Shown here: positions 20,535-29,716 of the stretch, piece after piece
How positions within the stretch are numbered: position 1 is the stretch's first letter
How the letters are laid out: each line of letters starts with the position of its first letter
IMG/VR virus record: IMGVR_UViG_3300035501_000578
Location: 47,956-111,955 of that record
DNA from: a virus
Taxonomy: Duplodnaviria > Caudoviricetes
Length of the DNA: 64,000 bases
Strand: one strand, 5' to 3'
Made by a program: the position numbers and the translations under genes
Notes under the pieces: model-generated
What the model was told of the DNA's origin: nothing
What the model saw: only the letters and a program-made list of their open reading frames with translations
Databases searched by the model: none

Positions 20535-20601
20535 GAGAGGGCGATAGGAAAGTGTGTGAATACTATCATTCAATGAGTTCATGACGCTCATTTATCCTCT
20601 C
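20535..20601 (-). promoter_or_regulatory. Three-way-junction RNA leader (copy 2) upstream of HNH gene
   Basis: P1 GAGAGG/CCTCTC, P2 AATGAG/CTCATT, P3 TGATAG/CTATCG; loop TTCACAC complementary to GTGTGAA in the translation-start region. Confidence 0.6.
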
Positions 20602-20604
20602 AAT

Positions 20605-20693
20605 AAAAAGAAGACTAGCCTTTGACAACTAATCTTCCTAAAAAATATGTTTAAAACAATCAAAAAAGCCTATGACCTTTGACAGTCATAGAC
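20605..20693 (-). terminator. Two tandem intrinsic terminators with identical TGTCAAAG loops
   Basis: GTCTATGAC-TGTCAAAG-GTCATAGGC-T6 and GAAGATTAGT-TGTCAAAG-GCTAGTCTTC-T5. Confidence 0.7.
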
Positions 20694-20710
20694 CCTACAT
20701 ATATAATTCC

Positions 20711-21391
20711 TTATAAATACAAAACTTTTCTCCATTCATTCAATTCATCCTGGATAGCAGAGTATTTCAGTAATATATCACGCACAGAATCTTCATACAT
20801 ATCATCTATGCGCTTAACTACCTTATCAAATTCTTCCTTACTAACAGCCTTACCATTTACTTTATAAGAACTTTCATTCTCATTTTCAGTAGTAACTGCT
20901 ATATTATCTGACTTATTTTTATCTTTATCTATATCAACAGAATCTTTACATTTATACTTATCAGGACAATTTTCGCAATCTGAACCTGTTTCATAATCAA
21001 TGCTTACTTCATAGATTTTTCTTCCTTCTAATGATTTAAGTAATTTTGAAGAACAATTATCAAATACATAACAAATATTTGATTCATCTATAAGATACTT
21101 TTCGTTATCTCTTAACATAGGTTCAACCCATATTTCGCCATCAGGATTACTAAAACCTGTTAATGAACAAATATATTCATCATCATATCCGTTACACTCA
21201 ACATCATCTATCTCAATGGAATGTATATAAAAACCTGAACGTATAAGTAACTCAATTACACGTATCATTTCTTCATATTTTGCAATTATACTTATTTCAT
21301 TATCTTCAATATTCAAATCTTTAATTATGTCAAATTTATATGATACTTCTTCAACGAAATCTACGTAGTTATCAAATTCCAATCTTTCCAT
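20711..21391 (-). CDS. Acidic hypothetical protein
   Basis: Likely start MERLEFDNY with GAGG RBS; the tracked ORF over-extends into hup. Confidence 0.6.
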   Translation of the reverse strand: MERLEFDNYVDFVEEVSYKFDIIKDLNIEDNEISIIAKYEEMIRVIELLIRSGFYIHSIEIDDVECNGYDDEYICSLTGFSNPDGEIWVEPMLRDNEKYLIDESNICYVFDNCSSKLLKSLEGRKIYEVSIDYETGSDCENCPDKYKCKDSVDIDKDKNKSDNIAVTTENENESSYKVNGKAVSKEEFDKVVKRIDDMYEDSVRDILLKYSAIQDELNEWRKVLYL

Positions 21392-21404
21392 AATACAGTA
21401 CCTC

Positions 21405-21677
21405 TTAGATTTCTTTGAATACCTTACTAAGCTTGACAGTAACAACATCTTTAGGTTCAGTTGTCCATTCTCTTTCTGTATCACCAATTCTAGTAACACC
21501 TGATTTTGCATCGACATGTTTCTTGTCAAATGAAACAAAGCCTGATAGAGATACCTTTTCGCCAGATACAACAGTATCCTTAATCACATCCTGTAATGCA
21601 TCTATAACTGTAAGTATATTCTTCTGTGACAATTCTGTTCTGTTTGCAATTTCCTTAACTATTCCCTGTTTATTCAT
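21405..21677 (-). CDS. hup: HU-family DNA-binding protein
   Basis: MNKQGIVKEIA...GEKVSLSGFVSF...VKLSKVFKE. Confidence 0.85.
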   Translation of the reverse strand: MNKQGIVKEIANRTELSQKNILTVIDALQDVIKDTVVSGEKVSLSGFVSFDKKHVDAKSGVTRIGDTEREWTTEPKDVVTVKLSKVFKEI

Positions 21678-21866
21678 GTTTCCTTTATCTCCTTTTAAAA
21701 ATTTTTCATAAAAATAGAAGAGTAGTTATTAACCACTCTTCTAAAAAATTAAACTGTTATAATTCTGTACTTAGACATATCTATGTATTTCCTAACAAAT
21801 TCCGTCGCCTTTTCAACAGGAATAATAATTTCATCATAGATTTCTGCTCCTAATGGTTTAGATATG

Positions 21867-22106
21867 TCAATGATTATAATCCTCAACATTATTCGAATCC
21901 CTCCAATCTAAACAAAAAATATCAGTTACATCCATGTGTAATGCATGAGCAATAGATATCATTGTAGATTGTTTTGGGTCTGTCTTATGATTAGCAATAT
22001 TATTGAGAGTAGATATAGAAAGTCCACATAATCTACTTAGTTCCCTGTAAGTCATATTTTTCTCAAAAAGTATTATTGATAATCTATTCTTTGCATACAT
22101 ATACAT
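21867..22106 (-). CDS. XRE-family HTH regulator
   Basis: MTYRELSRLCGLSISTLNNIANHKTDP...IAHAL. Confidence 0.85.
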   Translation of the reverse strand: MYMYAKNRLSIILFEKNMTYRELSRLCGLSISTLNNIANHKTDPKQSTMISIAHALHMDVTDIFCLDWRDSNNVEDYNH

Positions 22107-22159
22107 ACTCCTTGTTAAGAAGTATGCTTATTTCCAATTAGAAATATTATAGGAATATA

Positions 22160-22369
22160 TTACCTAATTTCTTGTTCGTTTTGGAGAACAATTTCATCTA
22201 TATCTGTTTCACATAATCTTTCCATTGCTAACAACTGTGCAGAAACAGAAGTGGACATATCTACCAATTTTCCCAGACTTTTTACATCTTCAAACTCAGT
22301 AAGACAGATTAACTTCTTTAAATGTTGAAGAATTTCTTCCATACATTCTTTGTTTATATTATTTTCCAT
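22160..22369 (-). CDS. Hypothetical protein
   Basis: 69-aa ORF overlapping recU stop. Confidence 0.5.
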   Translation of the reverse strand: MENNINKECMEEILQHLKKLICLTEFEDVKSLGKLVDMSTSVSAQLLAMERLCETDIDEIVLQNEQEIR

Positions 22370-22871
22370 TTTTACTATCTAACAAAAATTTTTCTACATC
22401 ATATCTGTAATTTACCTTTAATTTTTTCTTCTCAATTTTGATTGGATTACCAAATTTTAACAAGTCACTCTCGTTAAATGATTTTTTATCCAGATTATTT
22501 ATCATACTCATAAAATCATCTATTGAACAAAAATACGTACAATCGCTTAATCTAAAATCCAATATGAATCCACTTATAATATTTGTATACGTAGAAAATT
22601 TTATTAAATTTTCAATTTGATGCTTATGTATAACATCATTATCTGTTTTTTCTCTCTCAAACGAAATTGATTTTGTTCCAACCGTTTTTAATTCAAGTGT
22701 ATATAGCACCTTTCCATCGTATATAAAACAATCACATGGGGATTTAGCACTAAATCTTAAATTTTGGTTATTTCCAAAACTTTGCGCACTATCAGGAGGT
22801 CGGTAATAAAACACATTATCTGGTATGGATTTCTTCCAATTTTGTTCAAAAACTTTACCAACATTTTTAAT
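22359..22871 (-). CDS. recU: RecU-like Holliday junction resolvase (probable ATT start)
   Basis: GKVFEQ, SPCD, LELKT and HQIENL motifs; the conserved GK.FE segment lies upstream of the tracked start and is reachable only from ATT at 22871. Confidence 0.8.
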   Translation of the reverse strand: MKNVGKVFEQNWKKSIPDNVFYYRPPDSAQSFGNNQNLRFSAKSPCDCFIYDGKVLYTLELKTVGTKSISFEREKTDNDVIHKHQIENLIKFSTYTNIISGFILDFRLSDCTYFCSIDDFMSMINNLDKKSFNESDLLKFGNPIKIEKKKLKVNYRYDVEKFLLDSKNGK

Positions 22872-22877
22872 AGAAAA

Positions 22878-23495
22878 TCACCCTACATTTTTATCCTTAT
22901 TTTCTTCTTTGATTACTTTGCTTTTTGCAGGAAGAATAGGTAGATTATTTATACAATAATTATATTTTGCTTCTGCTCCGTGATTTCCATTAATAGATTT
23001 ATAAGCATTAAACAACCTTACAAAATCCTCATATTCATCTTCAGGAATACCCTTTAAATCATTAATATAATAGCGTGTTTTCTGTCCAATACGGTCACAC
23101 ATTTCTTCCATCATGGCATTCCTTTGTGTATTATTCAATTCTATAATTTTTTCGATTAATAAGGATAGTTCTTTCTGTTCTGATTTTATTTCTGATACAG
23201 ACTGTTTTATTTCAACCATGAAATTTGATAAATTATTTTTTATCTCTTTGTCATGTTTAATGGATTGCTCTACACTTTCCTTATGTTCTTTTTGTAACAA
23301 AGCAAGGTCTTTAGTGGTTTGGGTAAGTAATTCATGGTCTTCACGCTTTTTCTTTATCCAATTTGTTTCAATACCAAATTTAGTTATGAACCACTCAAAT
23401 AATGATATAATTGCTTTAATTCCAACTAGAATGATAAAGACCGATATTAGAAGAGAAGAGAAGTCTTGTTTAAATAATTCTAATATTTCTTCCAT
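22878..23495 (-). CDS. Membrane-anchored coiled-coil lysis-module protein
   Basis: N-terminal TM helix, coiled coil, YKSINGNH motif; next to endolysin. Confidence 0.55.
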   Translation of the reverse strand: MEEILELFKQDFSSLLISVFIILVGIKAIISLFEWFITKFGIETNWIKKKREDHELLTQTTKDLALLQKEHKESVEQSIKHDKEIKNNLSNFMVEIKQSVSEIKSEQKELSLLIEKIIELNNTQRNAMMEEMCDRIGQKTRYYINDLKGIPEDEYEDFVRLFNAYKSINGNHGAEAKYNYCINNLPILPAKSKVIKEENKDKNVG

Positions 23496-23512
23496 TTCAT
23501 ATAATACCGCCT

Positions 23513-23896
23513 TTAACTATTCTTTAAGTCATAAAGAGCAGTATCGATCAAACTATCAAGATATTCTTCAAAATCAGAATTTTCTTCTTTAAGAGATTGA
23601 TATATAGCAATTGGAAGTCCCTGAATAGCCTTATCTTTTGCAATTTCTTTAACATTATTCTGTGCATCTTCATTCCAATTATCAGTACCCTTTATATCTT
23701 TAACAATTGTTTCATAAACACTTTTGCATGACTCAACTACTTTTGTATAAAGTATGTCATTATTTTTCTGAATTCGTTTGGATTTAATGTAATTAGAAAA
23801 TTGTGTACCTATGTATGTAAGTATAGGTAACAAAATAGCAGTCCAAAGTGTATAAATTACAGAACTCCAATCTAAATTTTCAATAAATTCTTTCAT
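23513..23896 (-). CDS. Putative holin
   Basis: Single N-terminal TM helix, directly downstream of endolysin. Confidence 0.55.
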   Translation of the reverse strand: MKEFIENLDWSSVIYTLWTAILLPILTYIGTQFSNYIKSKRIQKNNDILYTKVVESCKSVYETIVKDIKGTDNWNEDAQNNVKEIAKDKAIQGLPIAIYQSLKEENSDFEEYLDSLIDTALYDLKNS

Positions 23897-23912
23897 AATT
23901 CATACACCTCCA

Positions 23913-24815
23913 TCAAGACAAATTAAGCAATTTTTTCCAAGTCGCACATTTAGCATCAATAATTCCGTCACAATTTTTAGCTGATGCTTTTACTACATTT
24001 TTCTGATAAAGCTTCACTGCATCTTCAGACAAACTACCAAAATCCCTATCCGGTGTTCCTTTATAATAACCTAATGCTTTAAGATATTTCTGGATTGGTA
24101 ATACTAAAGCATGTTTTGAATTTTTGGATTTACTTATTGTAATAGTCTTTTCAAGTGCTGCTTTTGCTGTTTTCACATTAAGAATTGAACATACATCTTT
24201 AATAAAATCTGATTGTGTATATTTAGTAGATGAAGCTGATGTAAGAGTAGTAGACCCATTAGAAGTTGCAGATTCTACACCTGTTACAACAATTCCTATA
24301 TGACAAGGACTTCCAGAACTGTCCTTAAAAATTATTACATCACCAAATGTTGATTTTGAATAATCTGTAATTTTAGTTGCACCTGCTTTTGCAAAATAAC
24401 CATTAGAAGTTGTGCAAGAAGCTGACCAGTCATATAAAAGTTCTTTTGCTCTTTTTACACCTAACGCCCTAATGAACATGTCATCTTCAAACATATCACA
24501 CCAAGCATATCCATTTACATAGACACCACTTCCTGTTGCATTTTTTGCATGAGGTGCAAACATATTGTAATTATTATATCCGGCGTTAGCTTTAAAATCT
24601 TCAAGTTGACTATTTGATTTCTTTTCAAGATAGCCAACATACTTTAATGCTTCCTGAGCGACTTTTAATGCTTCACCTGACTTATATTTAGGTCGCCAAA
24701 TAGTATATATACGAGAATATGAACTATTATAACTTTTCTTGGCAACACCACCACCATTGGCTACTAGAGTGCTGCCACCAGAGGTATTACCCTCAACTGT
24801 GTATATTGTACTCAT
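23913..24815 (-). CDS. Endolysin: circularly permuted CHAP domain plus peptidoglycan-binding domain
   Basis: AWCDMF (Cys), GDVIIF...HIGIV (His); the TVEGNT...NGGGV...RPKY strand set is at the N-terminus; C-terminal LQ..L..LGY..G..D..FG..S..AV..YQ...DG PG_binding_1 motif. Confidence 0.85.
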   Translation of the reverse strand: MSTIYTVEGNTSGGSTLVANGGGVAKKSYNSSYSRIYTIWRPKYKSGEALKVAQEALKYVGYLEKKSNSQLEDFKANAGYNNYNMFAPHAKNATGSGVYVNGYAWCDMFEDDMFIRALGVKRAKELLYDWSASCTTSNGYFAKAGATKITDYSKSTFGDVIIFKDSSGSPCHIGIVVTGVESATSNGSTTLTSASSTKYTQSDFIKDVCSILNVKTAKAALEKTITISKSKNSKHALVLPIQKYLKALGYYKGTPDRDFGSLSEDAVKLYQKNVVKASAKNCDGIIDAKCATWKKLLNLS

Positions 24816-25130
24816 AATATCTCCTTCTTTCCATAAAAATAAGAGGGTAGTATACCCTCTACACATGTGTTTCATAGGCTTGTCGCCAAATATATTATTT
24901 TATATTGCAGGACGGCTTGCAACCAGTACAAGACGCTATTCACTATACGTCAATTCGTACCTTTAACCTGCTAATGTCCTTAAAAGAGGACGTAGTTTTA
25001 TTAACAAAATATACACCCTAACAGCACTCCTCTTGAATTACCAATTGGTCTGTCACCCGTAGGTTCATGGATTCTGGTTTGGTATATGTTACTATAATCC
25101 ATTTTTCGCTTGTTAAAATTAAGATTCTAT

Positions 25131-25295
25131 CTAATCAATTAGTTCATCATACGAAATAATTCCAATGCTATTAAGGTAATCTGTTTCTAATTCAAGAATA
25201 TCAATAATTGTTTGGTCATCATAATCAGAATTTTCATGAATATATTTTACAATCTCATCAAAATCTACACATGTAGTTTTGTTGCTTTCGTTCAT
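25131..25295 (-). CDS. Small acidic hypothetical protein (54 aa)
   Basis: MNESNKTTCVDFDEIVKY... with GGAGGG RBS; below ORF-track cutoff. Confidence 0.5.
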   Translation of the reverse strand: MNESNKTTCVDFDEIVKYIHENSDYDDQTIIDILELETDYLNSIGIISYDELID

Positions 25296-25399
25296 TTATT
25301 CCCTCCGTTTAATCCAATGGTATGTGATATGTCGATTCACGACCATCTTTTAAATTAAAAATCATCAGTGTTTGTCCAGATTTAGAATATAATCGCTTT

Positions 25400-26149
25400 T
25401 CATTTGTGATCTTTATATTTAAAAATATAGCCCTTATGATATTTTATTTTTCCCTTACAGCACTTAATTACTGAAGAACCATCAAAACCTTCGTTTTCTG
25501 TTTGGGTTGCACTGTCCCATGTTTTTACATATTCACCATTTAAAGTGTATTGTAAAATTTTTCGAGGTTGTGTATTTTGGTTTAAATAATCATTAATATT
25601 AAATCCTTTGTTATAATCATCAACACTAATCCATATAAAATTTTTATATGTTTTTCTACTTTTATTAACACACGTCCAAATTACAGATTGTCCTATATTT
25701 AACTTTTTAGATGCTTCCCTTGCACCATATTGCCATGTATTCACAATATTACCATCGAAATCTATCTGATAAATAGGAATTGATTTGTGCGCTTCTCTAA
25801 ATATTTGACGTCCTTCTTCTGAAAGATTTTTAACACCTTCTCCACCAATCGTGAGATTATAACCTTGTTTATTATCAGTATAAATATATGAGTTATAATA
25901 ACTTATGTAATATATTTCTTTATTATCAAGTTCATTTTCTAAACATTCTTCAACTATATAAAACTTAAAATTATTTTCTCCATATTTATTCCATGCATTT
26001 TGTAGATACTTATTATAATGAGAATTATTATTTAGTTTGAATTTATGACTATACCATCTTGTATATATATCCTTACTTTGACCTATATATTTTTTACTAT
26101 TTACTAAATTTTCAATGCAATAAATTCCACATATTTTTTCTTTCGCCAT
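25400..26149 (-). CDS. Free-standing GIY-YIG homing endonuclease with NUMOD1 repeats
   Basis: GIYCIEN...KYIGQS, GYNLTIGG. Confidence 0.9.
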   Translation of the reverse strand: MAKEKICGIYCIENLVNSKKYIGQSKDIYTRWYSHKFKLNNNSHYNKYLQNAWNKYGENNFKFYIVEECLENELDNKEIYYISYYNSYIYTDNKQGYNLTIGGEGVKNLSEEGRQIFREAHKSIPIYQIDFDGNIVNTWQYGAREASKKLNIGQSVIWTCVNKSRKTYKNFIWISVDDYNKGFNINDYLNQNTQPRKILQYTLNGEYVKTWDSATQTENEGFDGSSVIKCCKGKIKYHKGYIFKYKDHK

Positions 26150-26242
26150 TAATCATCCCTTCTTTATTTTCAATAAAAGAAGAGATGGATTTAATGCTGT
26201 CTCACGACATGTACCATCTCTAAAATAGAATTTTATTAAATT

Positions 26243-27463
26243 TTAATCTAATTCAATTGGATAACAGCATTTAATACCTTTATCATTCACAACCAATACG
26301 GTTTGCGAAGGCTTACCAGTAAGTCTCTTTTGACGAGTATATTCATCACCAGAGCCGCAAAGACATCCAGATTGAATGATTTTAATACCTGACACATCCT
26401 CCATTGCAGGATAATGTTTATGACCGCATAAAATACAATATGGTGTCATTTTTGCCCATAAACATAATTTAGCAATAGATGTATCAGATGTAGAATCGAA
26501 ATCTCCATGAATAGCAAAATACAACTTTTCTCTCACTAAAAATGTTGATAATGTATCATCAATTGATTCATCAATAACAGTGATATTTTTTGCGTTTTTA
26601 AGCATAGATTTAATAAACCATATAATAAGAGTATCCAAACGTTCACCTAATAAAGCGTCCTCTTTCTCATCTAAACGACTATGGTTTCCAGATACACCTC
26701 TAAGTTCTACAGTATTGAAACATTTTCCTAATTCATATACAAAATCAGAAATATATTCGCAAGCCAGTTTGACTTGTTCAATGACATTTTCTTTATTTGT
26801 TACGGAGATTACTTTGTGTATAGATCCTGATATGAGATCTCCTAAAAGAACACAAACGCAATTTTCTGCTTTATGAGTTTTTTGGATTTCAATAATTTCA
26901 GATAAATATTGATTTAAACGTTCTTTTGCAATTTCTGAATCATAAACACCATTAAAATTATAATATGCAGCACCAATATGTAAATCTGATAAACAAACAA
27001 TCATGTCGTTTTTGCTATAGGAAACGAGTGGCGTATAAGATAAATATCTATTATCAGAAATATCAGATAACATATTTTCTAATTTTTCAACAGTTGTTTC
27101 AAGACGAGATTCTTCACGTAATCTACGATTTATGTCAAGCCTTTCATCAAAAAGTTTTCTTTTTTCTTTCTGAATTTCTTGTTTTTCTAATCTTAATTTT
27201 TGAAAATATTCATCATCTTTATCATCAGTTTTTTTCTGGCTTTCTTTCCACTTATAATATTCAGATACAAAAGAACCGCCAGTAATAAACTGACTACTCT
27301 TGCGTAGAGTATCATAGTGAATATTTAAATCATATTTTTCTACAAGTTCATTCCATTCTACATCTGTTATTTTTTGAACCTTATCAGAGCAGTCTTTTAA
27401 TAGCTGTTCATAAGTTTCTGGTGTTAATCCATATTTTGCTAATTCTTCTTCAAAATTATACAA
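26243..27463 (-). CDS. Calcineurin-like metallophosphoesterase (SPbeta YonJ-like)
   Basis: SDLHIG, LGDLISG, GNHSR, HGD, GHKH motifs. Confidence 0.85.
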   Translation of the reverse strand: MYNFEEELAKYGLTPETYEQLLKDCSDKVQKITDVEWNELVEKYDLNIHYDTLRKSSQFITGGSFVSEYYKWKESQKKTDDKDDEYFQKLRLEKQEIQKEKRKLFDERLDINRRLREESRLETTVEKLENMLSDISDNRYLSYTPLVSYSKNDMIVCLSDLHIGAAYYNFNGVYDSEIAKERLNQYLSEIIEIQKTHKAENCVCVLLGDLISGSIHKVISVTNKENVIEQVKLACEYISDFVYELGKCFNTVELRGVSGNHSRLDEKEDALLGERLDTLIIWFIKSMLKNAKNITVIDESIDDTLSTFLVREKLYFAIHGDFDSTSDTSIAKLCLWAKMTPYCILCGHKHYPAMEDVSGIKIIQSGCLCGSGDEYTRQKRLTGKPSQTVLVVNDKGIKCCYPIELD

Positions 27464-27478
27464 TTAAACACCAACTCT

Positions 27479-27682
27479 CTATTCTTCATCGTCAGGTATT
27501 TCAAAGGTAAGTTTGAAATTGACAGTAGTAATCCCATCTGGAATTTCTGCGACCACTTCATCAGTTATATCTTCACCGGTATCAGTATCTACTAGCTTTA
27601 GATTTTCAACTGAAATGTTCTTTAAATCTAATACCTTCTTCTTTGGTGTTGTCTTTGATTCTGTAATTTTCTTCTTAAACAT
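27479..27682 (-). CDS. Small protein (YonK-like position)
   Basis: 67 aa directly upstream of the phosphoesterase. Confidence 0.5.
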   Translation of the reverse strand: MFKKKITESKTTPKKKVLDLKNISVENLKLVDTDTGEDITDEVVAEIPDGITTVNFKLTFEIPDDEE

Positions 27683-27719
27683 ATATTGTTTTCTCCTTTT
27701 AATCCTTACTTTTTTATAT

Positions 27720-27770
27720 ATTTGAGTAAATATCGGTAAAAATGATAGTTTTACCGATATTTACTCAAAT
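27720..27770. repeat. Perfect 22-bp inverted repeat with 7-nt spacer
   Basis: ATTTGAGTAAATATCGGTAAAA-atgatag-TTTTACCGATATTTACTCAAAT. Confidence 0.9.
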
Positions 27771-27810
27771 TAGAATAGAGTAGGATAGCACCTACTCTAA
27801 AAGATATTTA

Positions 27811-28440
27811 TTATAAAATTTCATCTACTAATCCTTTTTCTAGCATCTCATCAGAATCCATATAAGCCTCATATCTTTCGATAGCAGCATAATCTTCATC
27901 TGTTAAATTTGTATGAGATACTATGAAATCAGCAATTCTCTTTTCAAACTTTTCATTAAATTTAAAATAATCCTTAACTTGTGAGCTGGTTCCAGAAACA
28001 AATGAGGAGCCTCCGTGTATAAGAGCAGTACTAAATGGATAGCAATATCTTTTTACATTTGGATTATTCTTTCCACTCATAAGTATAATTGAACCCATAC
28101 TATACGCATACCCTAATGTAATTATATCTGTTGGTGATTTTAGACGTTCAATGATATTGCATAGAGCAAGACCATCATACACAGAACCCCCATTTGTGTT
28201 TATATAAATAGTAATTTTTTCATTACTACCATCATTATCCATTTGTAAAAGTGGCATAGCAACTTTATCAATAGTAAGTTCACTAATTACATCATTGATA
28301 AGAATTATTCTATTCTTTAATAAATTTTCATATTGATTGTTTATAATATCTGTATCTTCAAGAATAACTTGTTCGGCATCTAATTTTTCTGCAAGTTCAA
28401 CATATTCTTTATCAGATAATTCCATATTCCTCTTATTCAT
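27811..28440 (-). CDS. clpP: ClpP-family protease subunit
   Basis: YINTNGGSVYDGLA, AYSMG (Ser), LIHG (His), GLVDEI. Confidence 0.9.
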   Translation of the reverse strand: MNKRNMELSDKEYVELAEKLDAEQVILEDTDIINNQYENLLKNRIILINDVISELTIDKVAMPLLQMDNDGSNEKITIYINTNGGSVYDGLALCNIIERLKSPTDIITLGYAYSMGSIILMSGKNNPNVKRYCYPFSTALIHGGSSFVSGTSSQVKDYFKFNEKFEKRIADFIVSHTNLTDEDYAAIERYEAYMDSDEMLEKGLVDEIL

Positions 28441-28484
28441 ACGAGTTTTTACCTCGTGCTTTCTAAATATTTCTCACAATGAGA

Positions 28485-29507
28485 TTAAATTACTTCTTTA
28501 TAAATCCTATATTTATCCATATTTTTTTCATCAATAATATTTTTATTACTCATATCATAACGAAATTCTTGAAATAATTTTAATTCAGCATTTTTTCTTG
28601 TTTCAATTGCTTCTTCAATAGTATTAAATAATCCTAGACGTGCAGTTTTCCCTTCGATTTGTATAGAGGCTAACCATTTATTATTTTCTTTCCTTACACC
28701 TACATAACCTGTCGAAGACATATATGAATAATCTTTATTATATGCATTTTGACTAGACGTGGCTCTACGTAAATTGGTTTTCCGGCAATCATATCTTATA
28801 AGATTCTTATGATCAATTTCAATATCCTCTCTATCTTTTATATCCATAACAATTCTATGCATACGAATTATTTTAGTAGTATATTTATCATTATCAAGAC
28901 TATGAGCTATAACATATCTACCGTCATACCACCAAGAATACTTTTTGATTTTGTCATAATCTTCTTTATCAAAGAAAAAATACGTTCCATTGCTACAATA
29001 ACCTATTCCAAAATCATAATTATCTAAATCATACGTATTATATTTTTTAGCAATTTCATATCTACTATCGTCATATAAACATCCACATGAACGTACACCG
29101 TTAGGAGTAATTAAATTATATCTGCTGTAATAACAAATATTTCCGCAATCACACAAACATTCCCATAAATATGCTCCGTTGTCACATGCTCTAACACTTT
29201 TCATGTTAGTTTTCCTTAATACAACTAACCTACCAAATTTTAAATCAGTGATATCTTCTGGATAACTATTATGTGTATTTCTTGCTTTTATTTTTGCAGA
29301 TTTAGAATTTCTAGCACATCCACATGATTTTGTATAACCCCGTTTTCTTGTCAGACTTGTCGATTGGATTGATTTTCTTCCACCACAATCACAATCACAC
29401 CACCAATAAACTTTCCCATCACCGCTACGTTCTTCATCTACACAATCAACTACTAAACTACCAAATCTTTTTCCACTTAAATCTTTCCTCATTAATGCTT
29501 TCGCCAT
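28485..29507 (-). CDS. HNH-AP2 homing endonuclease
   Basis: Two GRL/GSL..W.C.CDCG...SCGC repeats, MHR...IDH...NLR...QN, SSTGYVGV...W.A.I...LG.F...EEA AP2 domain. Confidence 0.88.
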   Translation of the reverse strand: MAKALMRKDLSGKRFGSLVVDCVDEERSGDGKVYWWCDCDCGGRKSIQSTSLTRKRGYTKSCGCARNSKSAKIKARNTHNSYPEDITDLKFGRLVVLRKTNMKSVRACDNGAYLWECLCDCGNICYYSRYNLITPNGVRSCGCLYDDSRYEIAKKYNTYDLDNYDFGIGYCSNGTYFFFDKEDYDKIKKYSWWYDGRYVIAHSLDNDKYTTKIIRMHRIVMDIKDREDIEIDHKNLIRYDCRKTNLRRATSSQNAYNKDYSYMSSTGYVGVRKENNKWLASIQIEGKTARLGLFNTIEEAIETRKNAELKLFQEFRYDMSNKNIIDEKNMDKYRIYKEVI

Positions 29508-29547
29508 AATATTTGTCCTTTCTTGCCCTTTTTTACAATAAAAAAGA

Positions 29548-29715
29548 CTAATGTTTTTCAACACTAGCCATATCATTCTTAAATTTTTCTGTTTCTTCAA
29601 AAACAAAAATAGTTTTATTATTATTCTTTTTATCTGGTTTTATATCATAAATTGGATTTCCTAATTTTAAAAGATATCTTGCTACACCAGCAGTAAATAT
29701 TGATTTATATGTCAC
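29548..29715 (-). CDS. Small DUF5659-like protein (55 aa, GTG start)
   Basis: KSIFTAGVARYLLKLGNPIYDIKPDK...TIFVFEETEKF; below ORF-track cutoff. Confidence 0.6.
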   Translation of the reverse strand: MTYKSIFTAGVARYLLKLGNPIYDIKPDKKNNNKTIFVFEETEKFKNDMASVEKH

Positions 29716-29716
29716 T

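Noticed and set aside
13633-29507. Additional group I introns around the free-standing endonucleases
   Set aside because: No P/Q/R/S elements seen and flanking genes appear complete
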